In this document: positions 48,483-58,481 of the stretch, piece by piece
Layout of the letters: the number at the start of each line of letters is the position of its first letter
Numbering within the stretch: the stretch's first letter is position 1
Origin: Thermodesulfobacteriota bacterium
GTDB taxonomy: Bacteria; Desulfobacterota; Desulfomonilia; UBA1062
Assembly (NCBI GenBank): GCA_034716155.1
Contig: JAYEFR010000108.1
Location: 1 to 61,820 of the forward strand
Length of the DNA: 61,820 bases
Direction of reading: 5' to 3'
Made by a program: the position numbers and the translations under genes
Notes under the pieces: generated by a model
Seen by the model: only the letters and a program-made list of their open reading frames with translations
Told to the model about the DNA's origin: nothing
Databases searched by the model: none

Positions 48483-49571
48483 CTACATCGATCCGGAAAT
48501 AGATCTGTCTATAACTTCATTTATGATCTGCTGGATCCTGTCCGGTATGCCTTTTATCTTTATATCCAGAAAACCTCTGATAATAAGAGAGCGCGCCTCG
48601 TCGTCGGTAAGCCCGCGTGTCATGAGATAACTGAGTTCTTCTTTTGATATCCTCCCTACTGAGGCCTCATGGGATAGATTTATGTCCGGGTGCCCACCCT
48701 TTAGTTCCGGTATGGAATGGATGACGCCATTCTTGCCCAGCAAAAGACCACTGCACTCCATGTGTCCTAAAGATCCGGGAGAACTCCCTGATATCATCTG
48801 CCTTGAAATAACGGTACCACTATCAGAAACCACCCTACTTATAATCTCTGCACTGGAACTATTCCCTTCAAGGATAGCTTTGGATCCCATGTCAAAATAA
48901 GAATCTTTTTTTGAGTATATAATAGAGTAAAACCTGGCAGAACCACCTGCCATCACCCGTGCCACAGGATATGACACAGTCTTCTTTACTGATGTCATTG
49001 CAACATAATTCGATATATATCTTGCATTTTCACCTACCAGAATTGCGCCTACAGGGTATACATCTACATCACTTGCCCAATTATGGATCATGGTATAACC
49101 CAATATAGCATCTCTGCCGAGATATGTCTCAGTTATACCTATATGCCTTCCTTTATGGGTTTGCTGTGATGTGGTACACCCATTAATGATATGGGCCTCG
49201 GAATCTTCTCCTAATTCTATGATGTTATGAATAACCTGGGTTGCGCCTGCACTCTCCAGCAAAAAACCTGCCTGAAAGGGAATATCTATCTTTACACCAG
49301 GTTCTACCTTGATATAATAGCCTACAAGAGGCAGGTTTGAAGCCGTCTTGGTAAATTCATTCCTGTCCTTTTCTATAAGTCTAAATACAAGATTATCACG
49401 GACATGAGGATACTTGTCCATCGCATCAGCCAGAGGCAACACCTCAAGCCCTTTTATTCTGTGCGAGGCCTCAAAAATACTGTGATCCAATACCAAAAAT
49501 CTCCCACAACTGGCTATACCCGGGTCATAACCTACATCTAAAAGTCTATCTTTATCTACTTTAGGCTGCAT
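48483..49571 (-). CDS. SufB/SufD-family Fe-S scaffold (SmsB-like)
   Basis: MIH.W, GH.EC.GL, IPEL, SHEA.VG.I, YLM.RG, IIRGF. Confidence 0.9.
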   Translation of the reverse strand: MQPKVDKDRLLDVGYDPGIASCGRFLVLDHSIFEASHRIKGLEVLPLADAMDKYPHVRDNLVFRLIEKDRNEFTKTASNLPLVGYYIKVEPGVKIDIPFQAGFLLESAGATQVIHNIIELGEDSEAHIINGCTTSQQTHKGRHIGITETYLGRDAILGYTMIHNWASDVDVYPVGAILVGENARYISNYVAMTSVKKTVSYPVARVMAGGSARFYSIIYSKKDSYFDMGSKAILEGNSSSAEIISRVVSDSGTVISRQMISGSSPGSLGHMECSGLLLGKNGVIHSIPELKGGHPDINLSHEASVGRISKEELSYLMTRGLTDDEARSLIIRGFLDIKIKGIPDRIQQIINEVIDRSISGSM

Positions 49572-50319
49572 GATTTTCCCTTTCCGCCTCTTCAAGACAT
49601 TTTTGACACTCTTTGTAACCCCTCGTCCGTATCTCCTCAAAAATTTCACTTGGCGAACCGTAACCCAATATACGACCACCCATCATCACATACGCCTTGT
49701 CTGCCCTTATATAATCAAGGATAAAACCTGTATGAGTGATGATAATAGAAGAACGTTTCCTCTTTTTTATAGGTTTATCCTTCTCAAGAATAATCTTCAA
49801 GGCATCCGCTATCAAAGAGATATTTTCTATGTCCACCCCTGATTCCGGCTCATCCAGGAGGAGAAGATCCGGCATTTGCACCATAAGCTGAAGGATCTCT
49901 GATTTTTTTCTCTCCCCACCGGAGAAACCCACATTTACATCCCTATCCAGATAAGGGGACATATCCAATATTTCACAGGCGTGTTCAATAGCCTCTTTAT
50001 CAGGGTTCATGGTATCAAGTAGCGTCCTTAACCTTACACCCTTTATAGAAGGAGGATACTGAAATGCAAGACCGATTCCAAGTTGTGTCCTTTCATAGGT
50101 AGACATGCCTGTGATATCTTTACCCTTAAACAATATATTGCCTTTTGTGATATCATATTTAGGTAGCCCTACAATCGAACCCAAAAAGGTGCTTTTCCCG
50201 GACCCATTGGGGCCAAATATCACAGCAGTCCTGCCCTCTTCGAGAGTAAACTCTATGCCCTTTAGTATTTCTCTGCCCCCGGAAGACGCCCTAAGTCCTT
50301 TAATCTCTAATAATTCCAT
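49561..50319 (-). CDS. SufC-like ABC ATPase (SmsC-like)
   Basis: GPNGSGKS, GFSGGE, DEPESGVD, ITHTG; C-terminal CQKC. Confidence 0.92.
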   Translation of the reverse strand: MELLEIKGLRASSGGREILKGIEFTLEEGRTAVIFGPNGSGKSTFLGSIVGLPKYDITKGNILFKGKDITGMSTYERTQLGIGLAFQYPPSIKGVRLRTLLDTMNPDKEAIEHACEILDMSPYLDRDVNVGFSGGERKKSEILQLMVQMPDLLLLDEPESGVDIENISLIADALKIILEKDKPIKKRKRSSIIITHTGFILDYIRADKAYVMMGGRILGYGSPSEIFEEIRTRGYKECQKCLEEAERENHAA

Positions 50320-50455
50320 ATCCCTCTCCTCATGATTTGCGAATAATGCCAGCATAGCATACATCTCGAAAAATAAGCAATGGATCCTTGGCCTTATTGA
50401 CAATGTGACTGTATAGAGATAGTAAAAAGGTCAACGATTCTTCTTGGAGGTATGT

Positions 50456-51037
50456 ATGCCCGTAAAAGAGATTATGGTCTTTGATACACCTGGAGTAAAA
50501 AATACTAATGATTGCATAGAGATAGCGATCAAATCCATAAAAAAAGATGGATATAAGCATATTGTAGTGGCATCAACCACTGGGAAGACCGCCCTAGCCT
50601 TCTACGATGCCCTAAAGGATCTTAATGTAAACCTGGTGATTGTAACCCACAGTGTGGGGTTTGGCGAGCCAAATACAGATGAATTTGACCCAAAGATAAG
50701 AGACAGACTCTTATCGGCAGGCATACCTGTATGCACAGGCACTATACTTTCCCATTCTCTGGAAAAATCATTCATGGACAGCTTTGGAGGTATATATCCT
50801 GCCTACATAATTGCCAATACACTTAGGAGGTTTGGAGAAGGTACAAAAGTGGCAATAGAAATCGTGCTTGAGGCCTGCGATGCAGGGCTAATCCCTGAGG
50901 GTGAAGAGGTATTGAGCATAGGAGGAACCGCAAGGGGATCTGATACTATCCTTGCAATAAAAACCAGACCATCAAAAAGGTTTTTAGATCTGGATGTACT
51001 TGAAATTTTGGCGAGGCCAAGGGGAAGAGACATTTAA
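50456..51037 (+). CDS. Stand-alone pyruvate-kinase C-terminal-like protein (MTH1675-like family)
   Basis: PG..NT, VVASTTG.TA, VTH..GF, TLR.FG.G.KV..EI...A.DAG. Confidence 0.75.
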   Translation: MPVKEIMVFDTPGVKNTNDCIEIAIKSIKKDGYKHIVVASTTGKTALAFYDALKDLNVNLVIVTHSVGFGEPNTDEFDPKIRDRLLSAGIPVCTGTILSHSLEKSFMDSFGGIYPAYIIANTLRRFGEGTKVAIEIVLEACDAGLIPEGEEVLSIGGTARGSDTILAIKTRPSKRFLDLDVLEILARPRGRDI

Positions 51038-51094
51038 TCCATAGATTTCGCAGATTACACGAATTGTTCTAATCCAATGAGGGACGATTGGCCA

Positions 51095-51877
51095 CTATAT
51101 TGCCAGGGTGTTTAGGATATGCTCAACAACCCTATTGCTGGGCGAACCATCAGGTAAATCAATTAGTGGTATACCATCAAAATCATACTCCCTTATATAA
51201 TCATCCTCCGGAATCCATCCCAGCAATTCAATAGAAGTCCTACCTAAAATCTTGTTCACCTCTTCTTCACTTCTTACCCTGTTTAAGATCAGCCCTACCC
51301 TCTGGCATGCCATAGCCTTGTTATCATAAGCAACATGTTTAATCGTAGATACAACATTTATCCCCTTAGCTGACGTATCTGATACCAACACAAGATCATC
51401 CACAGTCTTCATCACCCTTCTGTTTACCTGTTCAACACCTGCTTCTCCGTCAATCAAGACAACATCAAAGCTTTGGGAAAGAGACTTTATTATATCCTTC
51501 AGAAGGTCATTTACCTGACAATAACACCCCGAACTCTCAGGTCTGCCTATAGCAAGGAGTGCAAAATGAGAGTCTTCAGAGAGTGCATCAAAGACTTCAT
51601 AGTCGAGCATATTTAGGACCTCAGATATATTAGATTTATCATATCTTTCTCCCTTTTTGACCTTTGCTATTAGTTCATTTCGTATGTCATCAACCGTTTT
51701 TTTGACTTCAACGCCTAAAGCTGTAGCAAGACCAATAGCAGGATCAGCATCCACTGCCAAAACCTTTAACCCTCCTCTTTTTGCAAGAAGTTTAACCATC
51801 ATGGCAGTTACAGAGGTCTTCCCTACGCCACCCTTTCCACATACTGCTATGGTCCTGGTTTGTCTTGTATTATCCAT
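51095..51877 (-). CDS. cooC: CooC/AcsF-family Ni-insertion ATPase
   Basis: GKGGVGKT, DADP, GRPE..GCYC, D.EAG.EQ.NR. Confidence 0.88.
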   Translation of the reverse strand: MDNTRQTRTIAVCGKGGVGKTSVTAMMVKLLAKRGGLKVLAVDADPAIGLATALGVEVKKTVDDIRNELIAKVKKGERYDKSNISEVLNMLDYEVFDALSEDSHFALLAIGRPESSGCYCQVNDLLKDIIKSLSQSFDVVLIDGEAGVEQVNRRVMKTVDDLVLVSDTSAKGINVVSTIKHVAYDNKAMACQRVGLILNRVRSEEEVNKILGRTSIELLGWIPEDDYIREYDFDGIPLIDLPDGSPSNRVVEHILNTLAI

Positions 51878-52634
51878 CTTTACCTCTTATTTTTATATCC
51901 AATTTTAGATCCCTTAGGGCTACTTTTCTTATTTTCCTTAGATCAGTAAACTCAGAGCATACATCCTTATATTCGCAAGTCTTACAGTCAAATGAGGTTT
52001 CTTCAATCATTTTGTTCATTGCACCAACTACTCTTCCAACCCATTTGGCAATATCTTTAAGTTCCTTTACATCCTCTCTGCTTGAGGTGACAAATATCAC
52101 CTCTACCGCATCTACGTAATCCTTTTCTTTGAATTTATCAATCAATGCACCTCCAAGCACATTCAATGAGAACCCTTCCCTCAAGGCCTCTTTACTTACC
52201 CTACTCCATTCCCTCTGATATTGCGACACAGCCCTTAACATATAACCCATTAGATCTATATCATAGCGTATATTCTCGATTTCCCTATATCTGTCATAAC
52301 TGTTTTCCTCATTAAACCCTTTCCCTCCAACAATCACAACCCTTCCAAAAGGCAAGCTTTCCCCTTGGCTTGCCTGTAAATCAGGGCCTATAAGTGATAT
52401 AATGCCATCTCTTCCCTCGTTTTGTGACTCAGTCCAGATAACGAATGACACAGATTCCTGACGTGGATTACCAAGCTCCACCCCGACATCCTCACTCAAT
52501 ACAATATTTCTTCCCCCTCCAAGAGGCCAACTAGCATTAGTACCCATATGTTGTATTTCACATACCTTGCCCTCATCAGATTTTCTCCCCATATACTCTC
52601 TTATATCTTTAACTGCATTGTCGAAAAGTCCCAT
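51870..52634 (-). CDS. Truncated acetyl-CoA synthase (AcsB/CdhC)-like protein
   Basis: VELG.P, I.LIGPD, LPFG, W.RVSK.A...GFS...LG resemble the ACS middle domain; ends in CKTCEYKDVC. Confidence 0.6.
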   Translation of the reverse strand: MGLFDNAVKDIREYMGRKSDEGKVCEIQHMGTNASWPLGGGRNIVLSEDVGVELGNPRQESVSFVIWTESQNEGRDGIISLIGPDLQASQGESLPFGRVVIVGGKGFNEENSYDRYREIENIRYDIDLMGYMLRAVSQYQREWSRVSKEALREGFSLNVLGGALIDKFKEKDYVDAVEVIFVTSSREDVKELKDIAKWVGRVVGAMNKMIEETSFDCKTCEYKDVCSEFTDLRKIRKVALRDLKLDIKIRGKDG

Positions 52635-52740
52635 AACGCTATAATATTCTATAAGTCACTGAAATTATTGACTATAGAAGCCCCCTTTGGGTCTTTATGA
52701 TCCATTAAACCATTCCAATCCAGGAGTTAATTTTATACAT

Positions 52741-53532
52741 CTAGACAGACGGCCTTGATCGCAACGCTTCCTGGGCAAGCAGTGCTGCCCCAAGGGCTCC
52801 ATTTATTTGGGGATCAACTTTTGTCTTTTTTATCTGTACACCCAATACCTCTGACAATGCTGTATACATACCTACATTTTTTGCAACACCGCCTGACATT
52901 ATGACATCAGTCTCAACCCCGATACCCTTTACCAATGATGCTACCCTATGTGCCATTGCCCTGTGCAGGCCACTTACTATATCAGGAATTTCTTTGTCAT
53001 CATTGACCAAAGATATAACCTCTGTCTCTGCAAATACTGTACACTGGTTGGAAATGCTGACCGGACTGTTCGAGCTAAGGGATATTTTCCCCATATCCTC
53101 TAACTTTATCTCCATGGTATCTGCCATAATCTCCAAAAACCTGCCCGTACCTGATGCACATTTGTCATTATACACATATCGTATAACATTACCGTTTTCA
53201 TCTACTTTAATTGCCTTTGCATCTTGTCCTCCTATGTCGATTATTGTCCGAACCGTTGGGAGGAACCAATATGCACCCTTTCCGTGACATGTTATCTCTG
53301 ATATAACCTCATCTGCAAATGGGATCTGTTTTCTACCATATCCTGTACCAATGCAATACTTGATTGCATCCATAGAAATATCAGCCTCGGATAAGGCCAT
53401 ATCCATAACCTCTTTGGCTGACTCCTCTGGCCTTGTTTTTGCCCTTATAACAGGGGCGGAGAGAATATTGCCATTGTCCATTATAACTACCTTTGCAGTA
53501 AGAGACCCAACATCACACCCAGCAACAATCAT
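52741..53532 (-). CDS. ASKHA [4Fe-4S] activase (HgdC/BcrAD-like), copy 2
   Basis: DVGS, TGYGR, EI.CHGKG, DIGGQD, NDKCASGTGRFLE, CTVFAE. Confidence 0.93.
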   Translation of the reverse strand: MIVAGCDVGSLTAKVVIMDNGNILSAPVIRAKTRPEESAKEVMDMALSEADISMDAIKYCIGTGYGRKQIPFADEVISEITCHGKGAYWFLPTVRTIIDIGGQDAKAIKVDENGNVIRYVYNDKCASGTGRFLEIMADTMEIKLEDMGKISLSSNSPVSISNQCTVFAETEVISLVNDDKEIPDIVSGLHRAMAHRVASLVKGIGVETDVIMSGGVAKNVGMYTALSEVLGVQIKKTKVDPQINGALGAALLAQEALRSRPSV

Positions 53533-53533
53533 T

Positions 53534-54322
53534 TTATATTGCTCTCCCTTCTAATCTTTCTTTTGCAAACACTGCAGCCCCAAGGGCCCCAGCAACCTGA
53601 GGATCTACCCTACTCTTTTTTATCTTCACCCCTAACAACCTTTCCAGGCTCTTGACTACCCCTATATTCTTAGTGACTCCTCCCGTCATATAAACATCCT
53701 TCTCCACACCAACACTATTAGCCAATATCGCTACCCTTTTTGCCATTGCCTCATTGACACTAGCCCCGATATCCTCAATAGATTTCCCTTCGTTAAGATT
53801 ACGGATAACCTCTGCCTGTGCCCATACTGTGCAGGTAGAAGCAAGGGTAACAGGTGCCCTTGCTCTAGCAGACAGTGCCCCTAAATCTTCCAACCTTACA
53901 CCTAAGACCTTCGCCATAACTTCCAAAAACCTTCCTGTCCCTGCAGCACACTTATCATTGGTAATAAACTTAACAAGTTTTCCAATCCTATCTATCTTCA
54001 TGGTCTTACAGTCTTGCCCCCCAATATCGATTACTGTCCTGGCTGTTGGGAGAAGAAACTGGGCCCCTTTCCCATGACAAGCTATTTCTGAGATAACATC
54101 ATCTACAAATGGGATTTTGGCTCTACCATAACCTGTACCTATACAATACTCGATTGCATCCATAGAAAGCCCAGCCTTTGATAAGGCCATGTCCATAACC
54201 TCTTTGGCTGATTCCTCTGGCCTTGGTTTACTCCTAATAACCGGGGATGCCAGGATCTTACCATCGTTCATTATAACTACCTTTGCAGTTAATGAACCAA
54301 CATCACATCCAGCAACAATCAT
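53534..54322 (-). CDS. ASKHA [4Fe-4S] activase (HgdC/BcrAD-like), copy 1
   Basis: DVGS, DIGGQD, NDKCAAGTGRFLE, CTVWAQ. Confidence 0.93.
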   Translation of the reverse strand: MIVAGCDVGSLTAKVVIMNDGKILASPVIRSKPRPEESAKEVMDMALSKAGLSMDAIEYCIGTGYGRAKIPFVDDVISEIACHGKGAQFLLPTARTVIDIGGQDCKTMKIDRIGKLVKFITNDKCAAGTGRFLEVMAKVLGVRLEDLGALSARARAPVTLASTCTVWAQAEVIRNLNEGKSIEDIGASVNEAMAKRVAILANSVGVEKDVYMTGGVTKNIGVVKSLERLLGVKIKKSRVDPQVAGALGAAVFAKERLEGRAI

Positions 54323-55716
54323 TTACGTATCCTCCTCACAGTCAGAAATTCATCTATCCTGTTTATAAGGGCATCTACTGATTCAACCCTATTGTCAAAG
54401 GCATCGCCATATAAAATAAGAGTCGGCATCCCCAACCGCTCTGTATCCCTTGCGAGTAATTTAACCATGCCCCAGGTATTTCTGCATCCCATTGTCCCCA
54501 TATACACTAAAAAGTCTGCATTCATAATCTTGGCTGACCCAACAGTATCATCCAGCCACATTCCCGGATCATCATAAGGCCCCCTGATCTGTTTTACCAT
54601 TGGCATACGCGACGTTTGTGCAGCTAAAGAATCAATCATGGTGTCAAGATTCGTTGTATCTATAACGTATCCTTCCTCCTCTCTTCCTTTAGCATATGGG
54701 GCATCTACTTGCCAGAAATCTGTCATCATTGTCCCGATATGGCTGATACCGTTATCCCTTAGCCATGTCCAGTATTTCAACTCAGCACAATAATGATCAA
54801 TATAGAAAAAAAGACCTCTTGCCTTCTCCTGACCATCTCCTGCTATTCCCTTGGCTGCATTTTTTTTTGCTATCTTCAACATTGCTTCCAGTATTTCTGT
54901 ACCCACCTTATTTCCACCAAATAAGATTTTTACATCATAAATAAGAATATTATACATTCCGGGCTCTGGATTTGGGATAAGCCTCTGTAATTCCTGAAGC
55001 TCATTTATGAGTTCATCCTGTTTGATTATCTCTTTACAGATACTGTAAAGTTTATCGATGTCCAACTTTTTCCCTGTCTGCTCCTCAAGGAATGCCGTCA
55101 TCTGCCTGAAATCTTCCCGATGATACTCAGTCGCCCTTTCATCGATCAAGGTCGGGGGATAATTCATCTGAAAAGATGGCAGATCAAGATATGCAGATGC
55201 AAAGGCAAAGGAATTTGCATTTGAGTCACAGACCCCGGCAGTGCTGTACAGAATAAAATCCGGCATTGTCCCAATCCCTGCCAAAAGGGGGCCAAGGGCT
55301 ACTCGCTGACCGGAACAAGATGTCTCTGTAAAACCTACTTCGCAACAATAATCGAGACTCTCGGCTATACCCTTTTGCCATACAGCAGTATACAGTGCTG
55401 ATAGTCCCTCAAGACATAGCGGTACAACGTCGAATGCATCCAGTATTACGGGAGAAAAATTATAGGTAACAAGAGCTATCTTTTTCCCTCTTTCATGTGC
55501 TGTCAGGATATTCTTAAGGTAGCCAGCCATAGCCTTTAGCGTTAGAACGCCTGGATCACCCATAGATATCAGTGCATCCAGCGCTTCCTTAAAATTAGGA
55601 GCAAACCGGATTGCCTCTCTATATTCCTTATCACTCCCCTCACGTGTTTTAGATGCCTGATAAACAATGCTCCAAAGTTTCCAGTCATAATTATATTCTT
55701 TTAATACACTCCTCAT
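54319..55716 (-). CDS. 2-hydroxyacyl-CoA dehydratase/benzoyl-CoA reductase family subunit (alpha/BcrB-like)
   Basis: CSGQ, VCDS, GCRN cysteines; FLEEQTGKKLD; D.FD.R. Confidence 0.8.
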   Translation of the reverse strand: MRSVLKEYNYDWKLWSIVYQASKTREGSDKEYREAIRFAPNFKEALDALISMGDPGVLTLKAMAGYLKNILTAHERGKKIALVTYNFSPVILDAFDVVPLCLEGLSALYTAVWQKGIAESLDYCCEVGFTETSCSGQRVALGPLLAGIGTMPDFILYSTAGVCDSNANSFAFASAYLDLPSFQMNYPPTLIDERATEYHREDFRQMTAFLEEQTGKKLDIDKLYSICKEIIKQDELINELQELQRLIPNPEPGMYNILIYDVKILFGGNKVGTEILEAMLKIAKKNAAKGIAGDGQEKARGLFFYIDHYCAELKYWTWLRDNGISHIGTMMTDFWQVDAPYAKGREEEGYVIDTTNLDTMIDSLAAQTSRMPMVKQIRGPYDDPGMWLDDTVGSAKIMNADFLVYMGTMGCRNTWGMVKLLARDTERLGMPTLILYGDAFDNRVESVDALINRIDEFLTVRRIRK

Positions 55717-55732
55717 TTTCTCTTGCCCCTTT

Positions 55733-55969
55733 TTACAATGTCATACTGATCTTGGCACCTGCCTTAATCCTTTGAATGTACAGGTTTGCCCTCTCCTTAA
55801 GCACATTCGAATCCACTTTTTTTGCTATATACTCCAATGTTTTCAAGGCCCTGTCATGAAACAGGGTCAGGGCATCTATTGACCTCTGTCTTTCAACAAG
55901 TATCCTTTCTATATCCATTGCTATCCCTTTTAAGACATCGATTGCTACTGCCTCTTTTTCTTCCGCCAT
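55733..55969 (-). CDS. Small helical hypothetical protein
   Basis: AGGAGGT RBS; fills the gap between the two dehydratase-type subunits. Confidence 0.7.
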   Translation of the reverse strand: MAEEKEAVAIDVLKGIAMDIERILVERQRSIDALTLFHDRALKTLEYIAKKVDSNVLKERANLYIQRIKAGAKISMTL

Positions 55970-55987
55970 TAAATATCACCTCCTAAA

Positions 55988-57121
55988 TTAACTTATCCTT
56001 TCCAGAAATGCATCCATTCGCATTTTAATCCTGCCTGTCTCCACCAGAGGGCCATATTCCCTCTCCATCCTCATGCAGGGGATACCATTAGCCTCCAGGT
56101 CCCTCTCAAATATGCCATTCTCTGAACCATGCAGATCACAAAATCTTATATTTTGTAAGATTACTCCGTCCACCTTTGCCTTTTCTGCCCTCTCTTTTAG
56201 GAATCTAAACCTCTCTTTGTAGTATCCGAACATGCGCGGGCAGAAACTATGGGTCAGATATCTCTTACAAATAGCAACCAATGGGTCTCCATCTTCTTCA
56301 ATTAGATCCACATAAGACCTTGAGCCAAAACATAGTGTATCTGCAACAACTATTGCACCTGCTTCCTCTATAAGTCCTACAAGGCTGACATCATCGTTTA
56401 CACTCCCCCCCAATAGCAGCCGCTTCTTTCCTGCTATCCTTTCCTTGCTTTTTCCAAGTTCATCCAAAAGTTCTTCCAAAAGTTTATTATACTCATCCCT
56501 TGGGATCGCTGTCCCTGCTATGATAACAGCCAGTGCATCTGCACCAGAGATTGGGGGCTCGTCTGCCATCCTGAGTTCATCCAATCTCTTTAATAAGGTT
56601 CTGCCTTTATTATATACACTAATCGCCTTTTTCAGATCATCATCTGTAATCTTGACCCCAAAGTATTCTTCAAGGCTACAAATAAGTTTTTTAGTCTCTT
56701 CTACAAACCATTTTAGACTGTAGTCCGCTACCTTATGAGGCACTCCATAGTAATAGAACCAGGACGGGAGTATGCCTTCATAATCCTCTGAGGCCTTTCT
56801 CCAGCACTCATCCAACCGCCGCATGGAATCGCACCCATTGCATATAACTGCTCCATCAAGGAACTTATATTTTCCTTCACCTGCCAGTTGCAGTACACAT
56901 TTGGGAAAGCTGCAGATAACAGGGCCATAATATATATCCCCAATAGAGGTAGATGTAGCCTCAATACCTCTTAGCCGAAAGGGGAGCATACCTGCAGCAT
57001 AGATAATCTCTTCCGGTACATAAGTACAGGTATACCCTACTACCTTCCCACCTCCATCTTTCCGTTTCTTGACATAACGATTAAAAAGGGTTGTTGTAGT
57101 CTCGCTGATCTCCTCTCTCAT
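55988..57121 (-). CDS. 2-hydroxyacyl-CoA dehydratase/benzoyl-CoA reductase family subunit (beta/BcrC-like)
   Basis: CTYVPEEII.AAG, CS, CDSMRR, C.G.R, FCDLH, RMDAFLE. Confidence 0.88.
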   Translation of the reverse strand: MREEISETTTTLFNRYVKKRKDGGGKVVGYTCTYVPEEIIYAAGMLPFRLRGIEATSTSIGDIYYGPVICSFPKCVLQLAGEGKYKFLDGAVICNGCDSMRRLDECWRKASEDYEGILPSWFYYYGVPHKVADYSLKWFVEETKKLICSLEEYFGVKITDDDLKKAISVYNKGRTLLKRLDELRMADEPPISGADALAVIIAGTAIPRDEYNKLLEELLDELGKSKERIAGKKRLLLGGSVNDDVSLVGLIEEAGAIVVADTLCFGSRSYVDLIEEDGDPLVAICKRYLTHSFCPRMFGYYKERFRFLKERAEKAKVDGVILQNIRFCDLHGSENGIFERDLEANGIPCMRMEREYGPLVETGRIKMRMDAFLERIS

Positions 57122-58425
57122 CTTTCACCTCCCTCTTTACACAGAGTATTTCTGATAGAAGCAATGGCATTATCCAGACCACTCGAATCTTCACCAGGTA
57201 GTGGTGTAAAAAGCTCATCTGCTACTGGTTTAATTGCATCAGCAATCACTGTGATCATCCACCCTGCCGCTACTCTAAGTTCATCTGTATCAATAGATGT
57301 CATAATACTGGAGATAAGATTAGAGATGATCTCTGGTTTATTTCCATGTATGCTGTTCATAACCCTAAGCAGAGAATTTACTACTTCGCCGATTTCCTGC
57401 GAATCAAGATCGATTAATCCCTTTGAAAAAACCTCAGTAACCTCCTGGGCTGGGAGATCTTCAAACACACTGATCTTCTTCCTTACTTCTCTGATCTTTG
57501 GATTTTTAATAGAAGAAAACGCCGAGGTAGTAGCCATAAACAGGGTAGGATCAGCCAGAATTACATCAGCTATCGAGTTTGTTATTGACTCTGCGTCTTC
57601 TGCCAATGCCACTTTTACCTTACACATAAGTTCAGGATCAATGGTCGAAACTACATCACGCAATTTGTTCGCAAGATCGATCTGAAGTAGAGGGATGCCA
57701 GCCTCACTAAAAAACACACTTCCTGTATGTAACTTCCTTATCCCCTCGATGAAAGAATTCACCAACAGGCCTATTTCTTTACCATCAATATTGGTTCGTA
57801 GTATGGTAAACAAAAGGTCTGCAAGCAAATCCGGGGCAGCATTATCGAATGACCTCAGGATCTCTTTTAATGATTTGATAACCATATTGATAAGTGTGAC
57901 AACAACTGAACCCAGGCATGCTATCTTGGCAGGGTATTTCCATAATGTATCAATTAATATCTTTGCTGTAGCTGCCACACATTCCTCAGAATTATCTGCC
58001 ATCTCCTTGAGTTCACCAAAGTCCGTACCCACAATTATATCGTTGATAGGCCCCTTTAGACGATCAGCATAGTATGTAGGATTTTCCTTATGAACATCAT
58101 TGATATCAATGGCTAGTAATGTGATTAATCTACCGAGATTTTTAAATAAAGCCGACTCACTTAATTTTACCGTTGGCACTGATTTTGGATCAATAACACC
58201 CGATACCATCTTTATTATATTGTTCGAGACCTTTTTCTTGAAAATGCTTTCCCCAGACCAGGTTGTTAGCACATCACCTAACACAGAAGTAATTACCTTC
58301 ATAAAACCAGGGGTCCTTATCACATCAGATATTAGCTTGCTTACTAGATCAGTGACCTCATCTCCATGGCCTATTCCTTTTCCCGGATTAATATTTGTTT
58401 GTTCTGCTCTTTCTTTCATATCCAT
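57118..58425 (-). CDS. Unknown helical repeat protein (paralog 3)
   Basis: 435 aa; IRTP.F, LWKYP, P.L...ID..E motifs shared with the two upstream ORFs; GGAGGTG RBS. Confidence 0.75.
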   Translation of the reverse strand: MDMKERAEQTNINPGKGIGHGDEVTDLVSKLISDVIRTPGFMKVITSVLGDVLTTWSGESIFKKKVSNNIIKMVSGVIDPKSVPTVKLSESALFKNLGRLITLLAIDINDVHKENPTYYADRLKGPINDIIVGTDFGELKEMADNSEECVAATAKILIDTLWKYPAKIACLGSVVVTLINMVIKSLKEILRSFDNAAPDLLADLLFTILRTNIDGKEIGLLVNSFIEGIRKLHTGSVFFSEAGIPLLQIDLANKLRDVVSTIDPELMCKVKVALAEDAESITNSIADVILADPTLFMATTSAFSSIKNPKIREVRKKISVFEDLPAQEVTEVFSKGLIDLDSQEIGEVVNSLLRVMNSIHGNKPEIISNLISSIMTSIDTDELRVAAGWMITVIADAIKPVADELFTPLPGEDSSGLDNAIASIRNTLCKEGGER

Positions 58426-58481
58426 TAAGATATCACCTCCATATATGCTTTCAACATAGACGCTTAATCAACCTAAGCCAT

